Virus record (IMG/VR): IMGVR_UViG_3300029342_000002
DNA from: a virus
DNA: 64,000 nucleotides
Reading direction: 5' to 3' (one strand)
In this document: positions 45,643 to 53,888 of the stretch, one piece after another
Numbering within the stretch: position 1 is the stretch's first letter
How the letters are laid out: each line of letters begins with the position of its first letter
Notes under the pieces: generated by a model
What the model saw: the letters and a program-made list of their open reading frames with translations, nothing else
Databases searched by the model: none
What the model was told of the DNA's origin: nothing
Translations under genes and position numbers: made by a program

Positions 45643-46827
45643 TTAGCTCACTTTTCTAAGCGTTTTGGTTCGTTCTGTAACCCAGTTTTTGGACAAGTGC
45701 TCGGTTGACCAAGTACTGATGTCCTTAAGTTTAACATTTACAATGCGCTCTTTGAAATTAATTGTTTTTGTAACGGATTCGTTCGAGACTTTTGAATATA
45801 ACGGTATCGTCAGAACAAAAGACGTTACACCGTACAGCTTGTTCGGCGACTTTTTGCTCTTATAGATGCCAAAAGTAGATTCAATGATGTCGGATGATAT
45901 ATTGATGCTCATGTTAGCAGTGAGAAGTGCTTCTTCCCTATTGAAGTATTCAAGCATCTTGATACCAGCATGTACCTGTCTGGAATGTGCATTTCCTAAG
46001 ACATGAGTAATGATATGGAGCTTGCACTTCTTGCTCGTCATGATTGAGAAGCCTTCGTTCTTGCAGATGGCCTCGACGTGTCTTACAGCACAAAGTACAG
46101 CCTGCAGTTCCTTCAGCAGAGATTCATAATCCTTTATGAAGGCATACGCTTCCTGTATTTTCTCTGGTAGCGTGTCATAACAGTCAAGCATTTCATTACC
46201 CCAGAACACCCATGAAGACATATTCATGAACCGTGATATAGTTCTCATATTGGGAGGCAGCAAGTATGCCTTGTCGGTCAGATGATACTGCAATCGTTTC
46301 TTGCCAAGGAGTGTTGTAAACTCCACAAAATCAGATTGTTTCTCATAGACATTCTTGAGAATCACACCCATGGAATGACTGATGTCTGCATGATGTATAT
46401 GCCTGGAGCCAGTGATGCCCTTGGTCAGATTATGACCATTGTCACTTATGATGTAATCGGGAGCATTTCCTGCAGATTTCTCTGCTTCCTCTATTCTGCT
46501 TTGAACGTCATCGCCGTTGAAGCCCTTGCTAACCGACATGTCAAGAATTGTTACATCCTCGTGTTTTATAGGGCGCCCCTGATGCTCGGAAGGAATTGCA
46601 AGAGTCAGGAGAAGCTTCTGCCCGTTTATGGCAATGCTTTCGTCTACGACCATTGCAAACTTCTTGTCCTTGCATGGCTGCTCATCCTGATAGACAGAGA
46701 GACCAAGTTTCTTCACCCAGTTTTCTACGGTGTTGTAGCACGGAACCTTTCCAAATGTATCACCCAACAGCTCGGCGAAGATCTCCAGGATAGTCACGAC
46801 TGTGCGCAGCCCACATGGTGTACGCAT
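45643..46827 (-). CDS. IS transposase, DDE type (orfB)
   Basis: Candidate DDE residues in MVVDES, IISDNG and DIIESTFGIYK (an IS4-superfamily-like R/IE..F...K signature). Family not assigned. Confidence 0.75.
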   Translation of the reverse strand: MRTPCGLRTVVTILEIFAELLGDTFGKVPCYNTVENWVKKLGLSVYQDEQPCKDKKFAMVVDESIAINGQKLLLTLAIPSEHQGRPIKHEDVTILDMSVSKGFNGDDVQSRIEEAEKSAGNAPDYIISDNGHNLTKGITGSRHIHHADISHSMGVILKNVYEKQSDFVEFTTLLGKKRLQYHLTDKAYLLPPNMRTISRFMNMSSWVFWGNEMLDCYDTLPEKIQEAYAFIKDYESLLKELQAVLCAVRHVEAICKNEGFSIMTSKKCKLHIITHVLGNAHSRQVHAGIKMLEYFNREEALLTANMSINISSDIIESTFGIYKSKKSPNKLYGVTSFVLTIPLYSKVSNESVTKTINFKERIVNVKLKDISTWSTEHLSKNWVTERTKTLRKVS

Positions 46828-46853
46828 GTAGATAAAAACGCAAAGTTGAATGA

Positions 46854-47078
46854 CTATAAGAGGGAATCTATGTCCGGGAACAGGCTCGAGAGTAATTGAC
46901 TTTGTTCGTCGGTCAATGTTATCTTCCGAACGTCTTTTTTTTTAAGCTCCTTCTTGGTCTTGTCATACTTAGCCTTGATTTTGTCTTTTTGAGATGCAAG
47001 TTTCTTGTTCTCTTTACGAAGACGTTTCAGCTCCTCAAGGAGTGAGTCTTTATCTAGGTTTGAATCTAACTTTTTCAT
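46854..47078 (-). CDS. IS orfA (coiled-coil N-terminal part of the transposase)
   Basis: Starts MKKLDSNL... Contains an A9 tract (46935-46943). The -1 frame stays open from there into orfB. Confidence 0.55.
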   Translation of the reverse strand: MKKLDSNLDKDSLLEELKRLRKENKKLASQKDKIKAKYDKTKKELKKKDVRKITLTDEQSQLLSSLFPDIDSLL

Positions 47079-47268
47079 TGATTTACATATTTTGAAATTA
47101 TATTCAAAGTTACTAAAAATCAACGAGTTATGCAAATTTTCAAAGAACTATTTCGTTAATTGAAACGTTAAATATCAGAGCGTTATATTAATAACTTAAC
47201 GGGTGATTTCAGCATCTGTTTTTCGGAACATCTAACTGGACACCCTATCTATTTATGCCCGAAGGCGG

Positions 47269-47421
47269 TTAAACTTCCAACATTCTATCAATAAATCTTT
47301 TCACAACTTCCACTGCCTTATACTCTTCTACTCTTATCCTTTTTTCGTATCTGTTACAAAGCAAGTTCAATGAACCTCTAAGATTTATTAAATCTTCTTC
47401 AGCGAGCTTATCATTATTCAT
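47269..47421 (-). CDS. small hypothetical protein (50 aa)
   Basis: Hand-translated as MNNDKLAEEDLINLRGSLNLLCNRYEKRIRVEEYKAVEVVKRFIDRMLEV. The stop lies 12 bp from the IS end. Confidence 0.35.
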   Translation of the reverse strand: MNNDKLAEEDLINLRGSLNLLCNRYEKRIRVEEYKAVEVVKRFIDRMLEV

Positions 47422-47423
47422 AT

Positions 47424-47792
47424 CTACACCTCCATTTCTTCTTCAATCCGAAAAGCAAACAGGATATGCTGTAACTGATGAACACAAAAGATATAACCTC
47501 CCATAATGTCACCGTTTATTGAAACAGACCATTTGGTTTCATCTTCGTCTGTGCAAAGTTTAATTCTTGGAATCCGACTATGCGTAAAGTATACTTGCCC
47601 CTTATTCCAACCATTCTTTTCAAGGATAGCAGATGTAAGATCCACTGGTTTTATATCCTCAACATCCACATAGCAGTACGTCAACCCTACTTTAGGACAA
47701 TACAAGTCAAAGTGACTTCCATTTGGCTCTTTGATTACCATGATTTTGTTGTCATACGTGACAATATCATTAATAATATATTTCTGTTTCAT
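47424..47792 (-). CDS. paralog family member 3
   Basis: Contains IKPVDLTSAILEKNGWNK and CVHQLQHILFAF. Confidence 0.65.
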   Translation of the reverse strand: MKQKYIINDIVTYDNKIMVIKEPNGSHFDLYCPKVGLTYCYVDVEDIKPVDLTSAILEKNGWNKGQVYFTHSRIPRIKLCTDEDETKWSVSINGDIMGGYIFCVHQLQHILFAFRIEEEMEV

Positions 47793-48207
47793 GCGCTTGG
47801 GTCTTTCTGTTTTCTACACTGTATACATTGTCGATGAATACTTTTGCGAGTTTTCGACTTGCTTTTATATAGAATGCTTGTTTTGTCGTTTTAGCCAAAT
47901 CGACAAATGTTTTTTCCATGCTTTCGTTGTCTTCACGATCACAACAGAATCCAATGCGTGCGGATTCAAGCATATCACGATCTCCACTCCTCTTGGCATA
48001 TATGAGGTTAAGCGTCGGTTTGTCACGCCCCTCATACTTGGCAATATACGTACATAGAAAGTATCCATTCAGTATGGGAGGGAGGAGATTTAATATTCTT
48101 TTTGTAGGTATGCACCAACGTAAGAAGTCGTCAGATGTCTGAAGGATTTTTCTTATATCGTTGAATTCTTCTGCCCATCTTTCGATTTCATATTCTTCGA
48201 TTTCCAT
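47770..48207 (-). CDS. hypothetical protein
   Basis: Start taken at M64 (MEIEEYEIERW) of ORF 47770..48396. Confidence 0.5.
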   Translation of the reverse strand: MEIEEYEIERWAEEFNDIRKILQTSDDFLRWCIPTKRILNLLPPILNGYFLCTYIAKYEGRDKPTLNLIYAKRSGDRDMLESARIGFCCDREDNESMEKTFVDLAKTTKQAFYIKASRKLAKVFIDNVYSVENRKTQAHETEIYY

Positions 48208-48245
48208 AATGATATGTTTTTTTATGATAGTGGGGATAGACGATT

Positions 48246-48863
48246 CTATGTGTTTGGAAGGGAGACTGTCTCGAAGTCGTAGACGAAGACGTAGGGGTTG
48301 GACTGCCATGTGCCTTTGCCGTTGATTTTGTCTATCAAGGCAGCGTAAGCTTCTCTTGCGGTTCTGTACGGTGAGTTTGCCAGTCCTGTGTACCAATATG
48401 TCACGCCTTCAAGTCCTACGTCATGCGCCTCCCAAATGCCTTCTGCCAGACAGTCTTTTTCGCTGATGTCTTGCAAGCGCTCAAAGCGAATATTAGTAAT
48501 GCGGATATGATGGAGCATGTGGTCTGCACGGACGAACATCTTGTTGGCGTAGCCTTTGCTTTGTGACAGTTCGGGCTTAAGTTCGAGGTCAGCGCCGGTG
48601 GTCTTTCTGAGGTATTCTTGGATGGTTTTGTAGGACTGGGCGATGGATATGGTTTCGCCGAGCTTGTACCGAGCAGTTTTAAACTTATTGCCACAGAGTG
48701 TAAGCAGAGCCTGTCCGTTGTCGAGTTTTTTGAGTCGGAAATCTTCATTATCAAACACAACAAACCCATTTTGCGTATAAGCGATTCTTCTTGTCTGCGT
48801 TTTTCTGCCTTCGAGGACGGCCTCACACAGGCCGTATCGGTCGTTGAACATAATTTTCTTCAT
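48246..48863 (-). CDS. ASCH-domain protein
   Basis: N-terminal F..RY..AVLEGRKTQTRR and ITNIRFERLQDISEKDCLAEG fit the ASCH (PUA-like) pattern. Confidence 0.65.
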   Translation of the reverse strand: MKKIMFNDRYGLCEAVLEGRKTQTRRIAYTQNGFVVFDNEDFRLKKLDNGQALLTLCGNKFKTARYKLGETISIAQSYKTIQEYLRKTTGADLELKPELSQSKGYANKMFVRADHMLHHIRITNIRFERLQDISEKDCLAEGIWEAHDVGLEGVTYWYTGLANSPYRTAREAYAALIDKINGKGTWQSNPYVFVYDFETVSLPNT

Positions 48864-48878
48864 ATTTATTTATATCTC

Positions 48879-49145
48879 TTACCTTGTTTCATTTTTGGTT
48901 TTATCTAATAATGTCAAAATATCATCACTAACTATTTCGTCTGCATAACGCGAAGGAATGAAATCACTTTTATAGCCCCTTACGGCACAATTATTAACAG
49001 TAAGTCTATGATTAATTCTAAAAATTAACTCATGCACATCGTCGTCTGATTTACATTTTCGTAACCCATCTGCTATATCTCCTCTAAGAAGGCACGGAAC
49101 ATCGTGGGTTTTTATGTAATTTAAAACTATTTCTTTGTAGCTCAT
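48879..49145 (-). CDS. hypothetical protein
   Basis: 88-aa ORF. Confidence 0.5.
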   Translation of the reverse strand: MSYKEIVLNYIKTHDVPCLLRGDIADGLRKCKSDDDVHELIFRINHRLTVNNCAVRGYKSDFIPSRYADEIVSDDILTLLDKTKNETR

Positions 49146-49300
49146 GTCAATTCATTATGTCATTTTCAAACATCTCTCTTAAAATCTCCAGATATACCTT
49201 ACACGCTATCCACCACCAATCAAATCCGTATCTCTATATTCTTCAATTTGATTATAGCAAGATCCGCTCTCTGGCATTGTTACCGGTTTATTGTGTGTGA

Positions 49301-49486
49301 TTAATGTTTCTTACGATGTGTTTTCTTGTTCTTGTTTTTCTTGTGCCGCTTAGCGACTTGCTTTCTGTAATAAGCTTCGTTCTTGGTCCTGCGGAATTTA
49401 CACTTGCCGACATTGAAGTTTGGAAATGACGGCTTAAGATGAAAATAGTAATAGTCTGAGAATATATATGATAGTGATGAATCCAT
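49301..49486 (-). CDS. hypothetical basic protein
   Basis: 61-aa ORF with a lysine-rich tail. Confidence 0.35.
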   Translation of the reverse strand: MDSSLSYIFSDYYYFHLKPSFPNFNVGKCKFRRTKNEAYYRKQVAKRHKKNKNKKTHRKKH

Positions 49487-49570
49487 AATTACGATAATAA
49501 TATTATATAGATTTATACATTGATTTTGTTAGCGCGTTCTTAATTTTCTGTTTCGTCGTTTTTGTTGAAT

Positions 49571-49741
49571 TTACTGATTATAATTATAATGACCTACTAC
49601 AATGAGTAGAAAGACAAAGTTCGAGAAGGCCACAAAACCGCCATACTTTTCCGATATGTATACTAAGGCAAGTCCTAAGAACAAACTCATGCCAAGACAT
49701 ACTATTATTTTTCCCACTTCTTTTAAATCCTTATCTTTCAT
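49571..49741 (-). CDS. small 2-TM membrane protein (56 aa)
   Basis: Hand-translated as MKDKDLKEVGKIIVCLGMSLFLGLALVYISEKYGGFVAFSNFVFLLIVVGHYNYNQ. Confidence 0.35.
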   Translation of the reverse strand: MKDKDLKEVGKIIVCLGMSLFLGLALVYISEKYGGFVAFSNFVFLLIVVGHYNYNQ

Positions 49742-49838
49742 TGCCTTTTAGTTTAAAGCACCCTGTCCTTAAGAGTAGTAAAAGACAGGGGCTTATTCAA
49801 TTCATATTTGCCGGACCTCTTTACGAAACCACTTTGAA

Positions 49839-50552
49839 CTATTTAGACAGCTTGTCTTTTCCGTAGGCTTTGGGAAGCTTGCAGATGGTGGAGGAGCCGT
49901 AGCTGTCCTTGGTGAGGAGGACGAATTGGTGGACTGTGGTGGAGTCGTTGAGACTGATGCCTTTGTCTTTGCAGAAGCTCTCTCGTCCCATGCGGCACGA
50001 GCCGGTGAGAACGTGATGATAAGCGAAGAGGTCACGGTTCGGGTAAGGGGTGTCGTAGTCGGGGAATTTCTTGCGGAAAGCCTCGATTCGTTCCTCTTCG
50101 GTGCTGCCATCGTAGAGTTTCTCTTGCAGGGACATGAAGGCATCGTGCAGGGTGTCGCCGTGAGCGAAGTGGTTTTGTTCCTTGACGATGTAACATGGTT
50201 GTAGGGTAAGGTCATGATTTAGAATGAAGCCTTGTGCGATGTTGTCACGGACGGATTTTATAATCGTTGGTACGCCGTCTATTACATAAACCTTGTCGCC
50301 ATTCAGATCCTTTATGCCATCGCCAGAGCCATCGCCATCGCCAGAGCCATCGCCAGAGCCATAGCCATAGCCATCGCCATAGCCATCGCCATAGCCATAG
50401 CCAGAGCCATCGCCAGAGCCATCGCCATCGCCATCGCCATAGCCATAGCCATAGCCATCGCCATAGCCATCGCCATAGCCATCGCCATAGCCATCGCCAT
50501 AGCCAGAGCTGATGTTTAAGAATGCTTTGATGCGTGTTTCTAACGTCTCCAT
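49839..50552 (-). CDS. protein with an N-terminal (G-Y/D/S)n repeat and a conserved-looking C-terminal domain
   Basis: Start taken at METLETRIKAFLNISS. This is followed by a 63-residue GYGDGYGDG...GSGDG repeat and then a 160-aa globular part. Confidence 0.7.
   Translation of the reverse strand: METLETRIKAFLNISSGYGDGYGDGYGDGYGDGYGYGYGDGDGDGSGDGSGYGYGDGYGDGYGYGSGDGSGDGDGSGDGIKDLNGDKVYVIDGVPTIIKSVRDNIAQGFILNHDLTLQPCYIVKEQNHFAHGDTLHDAFMSLQEKLYDGSTEEERIEAFRKKFPDYDTPYPNRDLFAYHHVLTGSCRMGRESFCKDKGISLNDSTTVHQFVLLTKDSYGSSTICKLPKAYGKDKLSK
50316..50504 (-). repeat. hexanucleotide-based tandem repeat (GCCATA/GCCATC/GCCAGA on the + strand) encoding GY/GD/GS dipeptides
   Basis: Read directly from the sequence. 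It also generates the mirror ORFs 50232..50519, 50267..50512 and 50312..50500. Confidence 0.9.
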
Positions 50553-50836
50553 GCTTTTACCTCCTCTATTGACTTGACGGCTTTGTCCGAGCAAGTGATA
50601 ATCTCAATCGCATCGAGAATGGTGATGCTGTCTACTGAGACTGTGAACTTGCATTCTTGCGGTTTTGATGTTCCTTCTTGGGCGAGCTGTGAGAGTGAAG
50701 CTGCTCCAGCCCAGTACCAGATGCGTCGGGCGTTATGCAGGGTTACCTCTCTGCCGTTGTGTGCTACGAGTGTTCCGAACTCAACTCCGCTGCGGTCGCC
50801 GCGGATGATTACTTTCTTTCCAATGTTTGTTTCCAT
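50540..50836 (-). CDS. hypothetical protein
   Basis: 98-aa ORF. Confidence 0.6.
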   Translation of the reverse strand: METNIGKKVIIRGDRSGVEFGTLVAHNGREVTLHNARRIWYWAGAASLSQLAQEGTSKPQECKFTVSVDSITILDAIEIITCSDKAVKSIEEVKAWRR

Positions 50837-50872
50837 TGTTTTGTTGTTTATATTTAATGATTGTAATATTTT

Positions 50873-51244
50873 TTATCTCCTTATGCTGCCGCTCATTGTT
50901 GAGCAATCACCTTCGATAATGTTACATCTGACGCTGCCGCTCATTGTTCCTACATTACCCTTAACGGTCTGACAATGTACGCTGCCGCTCATTGTTTCGA
51001 CATTTGTTACGTCACCTTGGACATGTACGATTCCGGTTGTGGTATTTATCGACTTGACGGAGCCTGTAATTTCGATTTTGAGCGGAATGTTGCTGTATTC
51101 TTCGACAGGTTTGCCATTGATGAATACCATGTTGTTTTTTACTCTGATTTCTTTGGCCGCACGTATAACGTTGCCGTTGATTATCACTTCTCCGTCTATG
51201 TCAGTTCCGAAGAACTGCTGACAGTTGTTGTCGAATATTTCCAT
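50873..51244 (-). CDS. hypothetical protein with three C-terminal 16-aa repeats (TMSGSV.C)
   Basis: VETMSGSVHCQTVKGN / VGTMSGSVRCNIIEGD / CSTMSGSIRR. A 48-bp DNA periodicity is visible at 50876-51010. Confidence 0.6.
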   Translation of the reverse strand: MEIFDNNCQQFFGTDIDGEVIINGNVIRAAKEIRVKNNMVFINGKPVEEYSNIPLKIEITGSVKSINTTTGIVHVQGDVTNVETMSGSVHCQTVKGNVGTMSGSVRCNIIEGDCSTMSGSIRR

Positions 51245-51248
51245 ATCT

Positions 51249-51437
51249 TTATTTTGTTGGTTTTAACGGTTTGGGAGGCTCAGTAAATTTGCGCACAATG
51301 CGTAGAGCACGAAGCAGACGTTGGTTCTCTAAGTGTAAAATCAAGTTGGGAATAATATCTGTATTATACCCATTCCAATAATTAGCTTTATCACTTCTGT
51401 TCCTCTTGGTAATTTTCCTTGCCTGTCGAAGTTTCAT
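51249..51437 (-). CDS. hypothetical basic protein
   Basis: 62-aa ORF. Confidence 0.4.
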   Translation of the reverse strand: MKLRQARKITKRNRSDKANYWNGYNTDIIPNLILHLENQRLLRALRIVRKFTEPPKPLKPTK

Positions 51438-51439
51438 AG

Positions 51440-51877
51440 TTATATCTTTAAGTTTGCGTCCTCGCCGAGCGCCCAGAGGATGTGCTGTAGTTCGTGGACG
51501 TACTGGAGTTTATTCCCAAAACGATAAGTTGAGTCGGCTACAACAAACTCAAATCCTTCTTGTTTTTTATAAATACTTTGTTCTAAGCTTACATAAAAAG
51601 CGTCTTTGCCTTTTGAGTAAATATCGCAAGAAGAAGTTAGATCATGTCTCTTATTCCATCCGTTTTTTTCGAGGATGTCGGGGGTAAGGAGGATGCCTTC
51701 GATGTGGTCTCTGATGGTGTACAGGTCTTGTCTACAGTCAGATTCACTGGGGCTGCGGAGACCAATGTAAATTTCAGAGATGTCTATTACTACGAATATG
51801 TCGCCTTGCTTGTATTCGGGAAGGTCTACGGTGATCTGCACGAGGTCGCCGAGACGTAGGTCTTTTTGATGAATCAT
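51440..51877 (-). CDS. paralog family member 4
   Basis: Contains IEGILLTPDILEKNGWNK and YVHELQHILWALG. Confidence 0.65.
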   Translation of the reverse strand: MIHQKDLRLGDLVQITVDLPEYKQGDIFVVIDISEIYIGLRSPSESDCRQDLYTIRDHIEGILLTPDILEKNGWNKRHDLTSSCDIYSKGKDAFYVSLEQSIYKKQEGFEFVVADSTYRFGNKLQYVHELQHILWALGEDANLKI

Positions 51878-51918
51878 GTGATGGAATTTTTAGATATATA
51901 TTTAAGCCTTTCTGGACC

Positions 51919-52329
51919 TTATTGAGCCTCTTTATGAGGCTGCTTGCGGGCTGACGCCGTTATCGGGAGAGGTGTTTTCGGGGGGGCGGGGTCGTTTTTC
52001 AGCATTTCGTGGCGGAGACCCATGAGCCATGAGCGGAGGTTGATGGTGGGCTTGTGGGTTAGGTTGGCTTCCCGCCATTCAGCGTACTGGTCGTAGGACA
52101 TGTTGTACTCAAGGATGAGAACCATCTCGTCTGGGGCGAGAAAGTCGGTGTCTTCGAAATCGCAGAGTCCGCCTGGGGTGTCAAGTATCCAGTGAAATTC
52201 ACGGGAATCCTCGAAGAGGCGGTGATTGATGCGTTCGGCGAGTTCGTTGCATACGTTGCTGAACTTTTCGCACAGGGCTAAGTTGGTGCAGTGCTCACGC
52301 ATGTTGTCTATGATTTCCTGTTGTTTCAT
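51919..52329 (-). CDS. hypothetical protein
   Basis: 136-aa ORF. Its last 15 or so codons are encoded by a degenerate copy of the dispersed repeat. Confidence 0.6.
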   Translation of the reverse strand: MKQQEIIDNMREHCTNLALCEKFSNVCNELAERINHRLFEDSREFHWILDTPGGLCDFEDTDFLAPDEMVLILEYNMSYDQYAEWREANLTHKPTINLRSWLMGLRHEMLKNDPAPPKTPLPITASARKQPHKEAQ

Positions 52330-52331
52330 TG

Positions 52332-52853
52332 TTATACGTTTACGATATTGTCATATATGTCGAGGTGGGTCCACCAGTGTTCTTTCTCTGCTTCTACGTA
52401 TGGATTGACGGGTATGGGGAGACGATTGACCTCCTTGATAATCTCTTGCGGGATGTAGGCTCCGTAGGGTTGCAGGGAGGTGTCTTTTTCCGCTATGAGA
52501 AAGAGGGGACGGTATTGTTTCTGGAAGCGGTAGCAGAGGGCTATGTGTGATTCTTTGTGTGCCTCGCTTACGAAGAGGACCTTGTAGCGATTGCCGCGGT
52601 GGAGTGCAGCGAGGGCGTGCAGGAAATCCTCGTGTCCGACGTGCGTATGTCGCTTGCCGTTGAGTTCGTAGAAGTAACAACCGAAGAGGTCGCGGCGCAT
52701 GAAATACCAGAGGTAGTCGAGGTCGTCGTCAGACATTTGGGGGATGCTCTTATATACGATGTCCCGCCAGACATGCTGACGAAGGTGACTGCCACGCGCG
52801 AATCCTTCCACTGCATAGAGGAAGTCGTGATGGTCGAGGTAGAGGGATATCAT
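52332..52853 (-). CDS. hypothetical protein
   Basis: 173-aa ORF. Confidence 0.6.
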   Translation of the reverse strand: MISLYLDHHDFLYAVEGFARGSHLRQHVWRDIVYKSIPQMSDDDLDYLWYFMRRDLFGCYFYELNGKRHTHVGHEDFLHALAALHRGNRYKVLFVSEAHKESHIALCYRFQKQYRPLFLIAEKDTSLQPYGAYIPQEIIKEVNRLPIPVNPYVEAEKEHWWTHLDIYDNIVNV

Positions 52854-52879
52854 ATTTATTACTTATTATTTTGTATTTG

Positions 52880-53644
52880 TTATTTGCCGGGGGCGTCGGT
52901 TGTGCCGAGAAGATGTTCGTTACCTTCGTAGGGGATGCACTGCTTGAAGGAGCATCCAAAGCACTGATAAGGAAGAGTTGACCCCAGTTTAAGGAAAGCG
53001 AAGAATTCAGGACTCCAACATTGGTTGTCGTTATCGCGAACGAGCACACGGTCGTAGGGCTTGAATGTAGGTTCGGACGAGGGTTTTGGATGGGTGTTGG
53101 GCTTAGGAATGTCGAATTCGAGGGTTTCGGAGTTGAAACGACCTCCGTAGTGTTCTTCAGCGGCGGCGAAGAACTGCGCACGCTCATTGTCGGTGGCTTT
53201 GCGGAAGTCGAGAGTGTGGAACAGTCCGTAGAGCTTGACGCCCCAGATGTCCTCCTTATTGTCGTACTCGACTGTTGTACGGAATTCAGTGTAATCCTCA
53301 GAATTCCATCCTTCGAAGACTGCCGTGACGCCTAATCCGACGCAGACGACCACGTCGCCGCGTCGGAAGAACTTGGTCCATTCCTGCATTTCGAGGGAGG
53401 GTAAGAGGACGCATTCTCCGTTGGGAAAGATAACGTCGAAACGGCCCGTGGGGGTCAAAGAGAAGAGCTTGCGGTCTCTCGGATTTGTGTTTTGACAAAC
53501 CGGTTTTAAGATGATTGGATGGTTAATACCAGGGCCTTCATCTATTGACTGAAGCTCAACCTTGCCGGCTATTCTCGAATAAAGAGGCGTTCCTGCCGGG
53601 CAGTCACGCAGGATGTCTGCGATGTTGATGTCAGAATTGTTCAT
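52880..53644 (-). CDS. hypothetical protein
   Basis: 254-aa ORF. Confidence 0.6.
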   Translation of the reverse strand: MNNSDINIADILRDCPAGTPLYSRIAGKVELQSIDEGPGINHPIILKPVCQNTNPRDRKLFSLTPTGRFDVIFPNGECVLLPSLEMQEWTKFFRRGDVVVCVGLGVTAVFEGWNSEDYTEFRTTVEYDNKEDIWGVKLYGLFHTLDFRKATDNERAQFFAAAEEHYGGRFNSETLEFDIPKPNTHPKPSSEPTFKPYDRVLVRDNDNQCWSPEFFAFLKLGSTLPYQCFGCSFKQCIPYEGNEHLLGTTDAPGK

Positions 53645-53742
53645 TGTTGTTCGTTTTTAGAATTGTTAACAGAATCTCTTCCTATGATAAACGCCACGGC
53701 TGCTACGATGATGTAGGAGATGGCTTCGGTGATTGCTATCAT
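53641..53742 (-). CDS. possible 33-aa TM peptide
   Basis: Hand-translated as MIAITEAISYIIVAAVAFIIGRDSVNNSKNEQQ. ATGA overlap with the next start. Confidence 0.25.
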   Translation of the reverse strand: MIAITEAISYIIVAAVAFIIGRDSVNNSKNEQQ

Positions 53743-53888
53743 GTGTATAGGTGATATTTAGGGTTGACGTGTGTGTTTGTTGCCGCTGCACCACAGTTCG
53801 ATTTCGATGCGGGCGCCTGCCCATATCGCTTCGCGTGGTGTGGCGTCGGGGTGTTGGCTGAGCCAAAGTTCGATGCGCTGACTGAGAT

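Larger units (their letters stand above)
45616..47247 (-). mobile_element. insertion sequence, 1632 bp, with imperfect terminal inverted repeats and a 9-bp target site duplication
   Basis: IRL TAGGGTGTCCAGTTCGTTGTACC versus the reverse complement of IRR, TAGGGTGTCCAGTTAGATGTTCC. Flanking direct repeats TCTATTTAT at 45607-45615 and 47248-47256. Confidence 0.85.

Noticed and set aside
50232-50519. + strand ORFs (AIAIAR..., HRHSHS...) and the - strand MAMAMA ORF over the repeat, and a possible CRISPR-like array.
   Set aside because: These are mirror or alternative-frame readings of the hexanucleotide repeat that encodes the GY/GD/GS array of gene 49839..50552. The units are contiguous 6-mers with no spacers, so this is not a CRISPR array.
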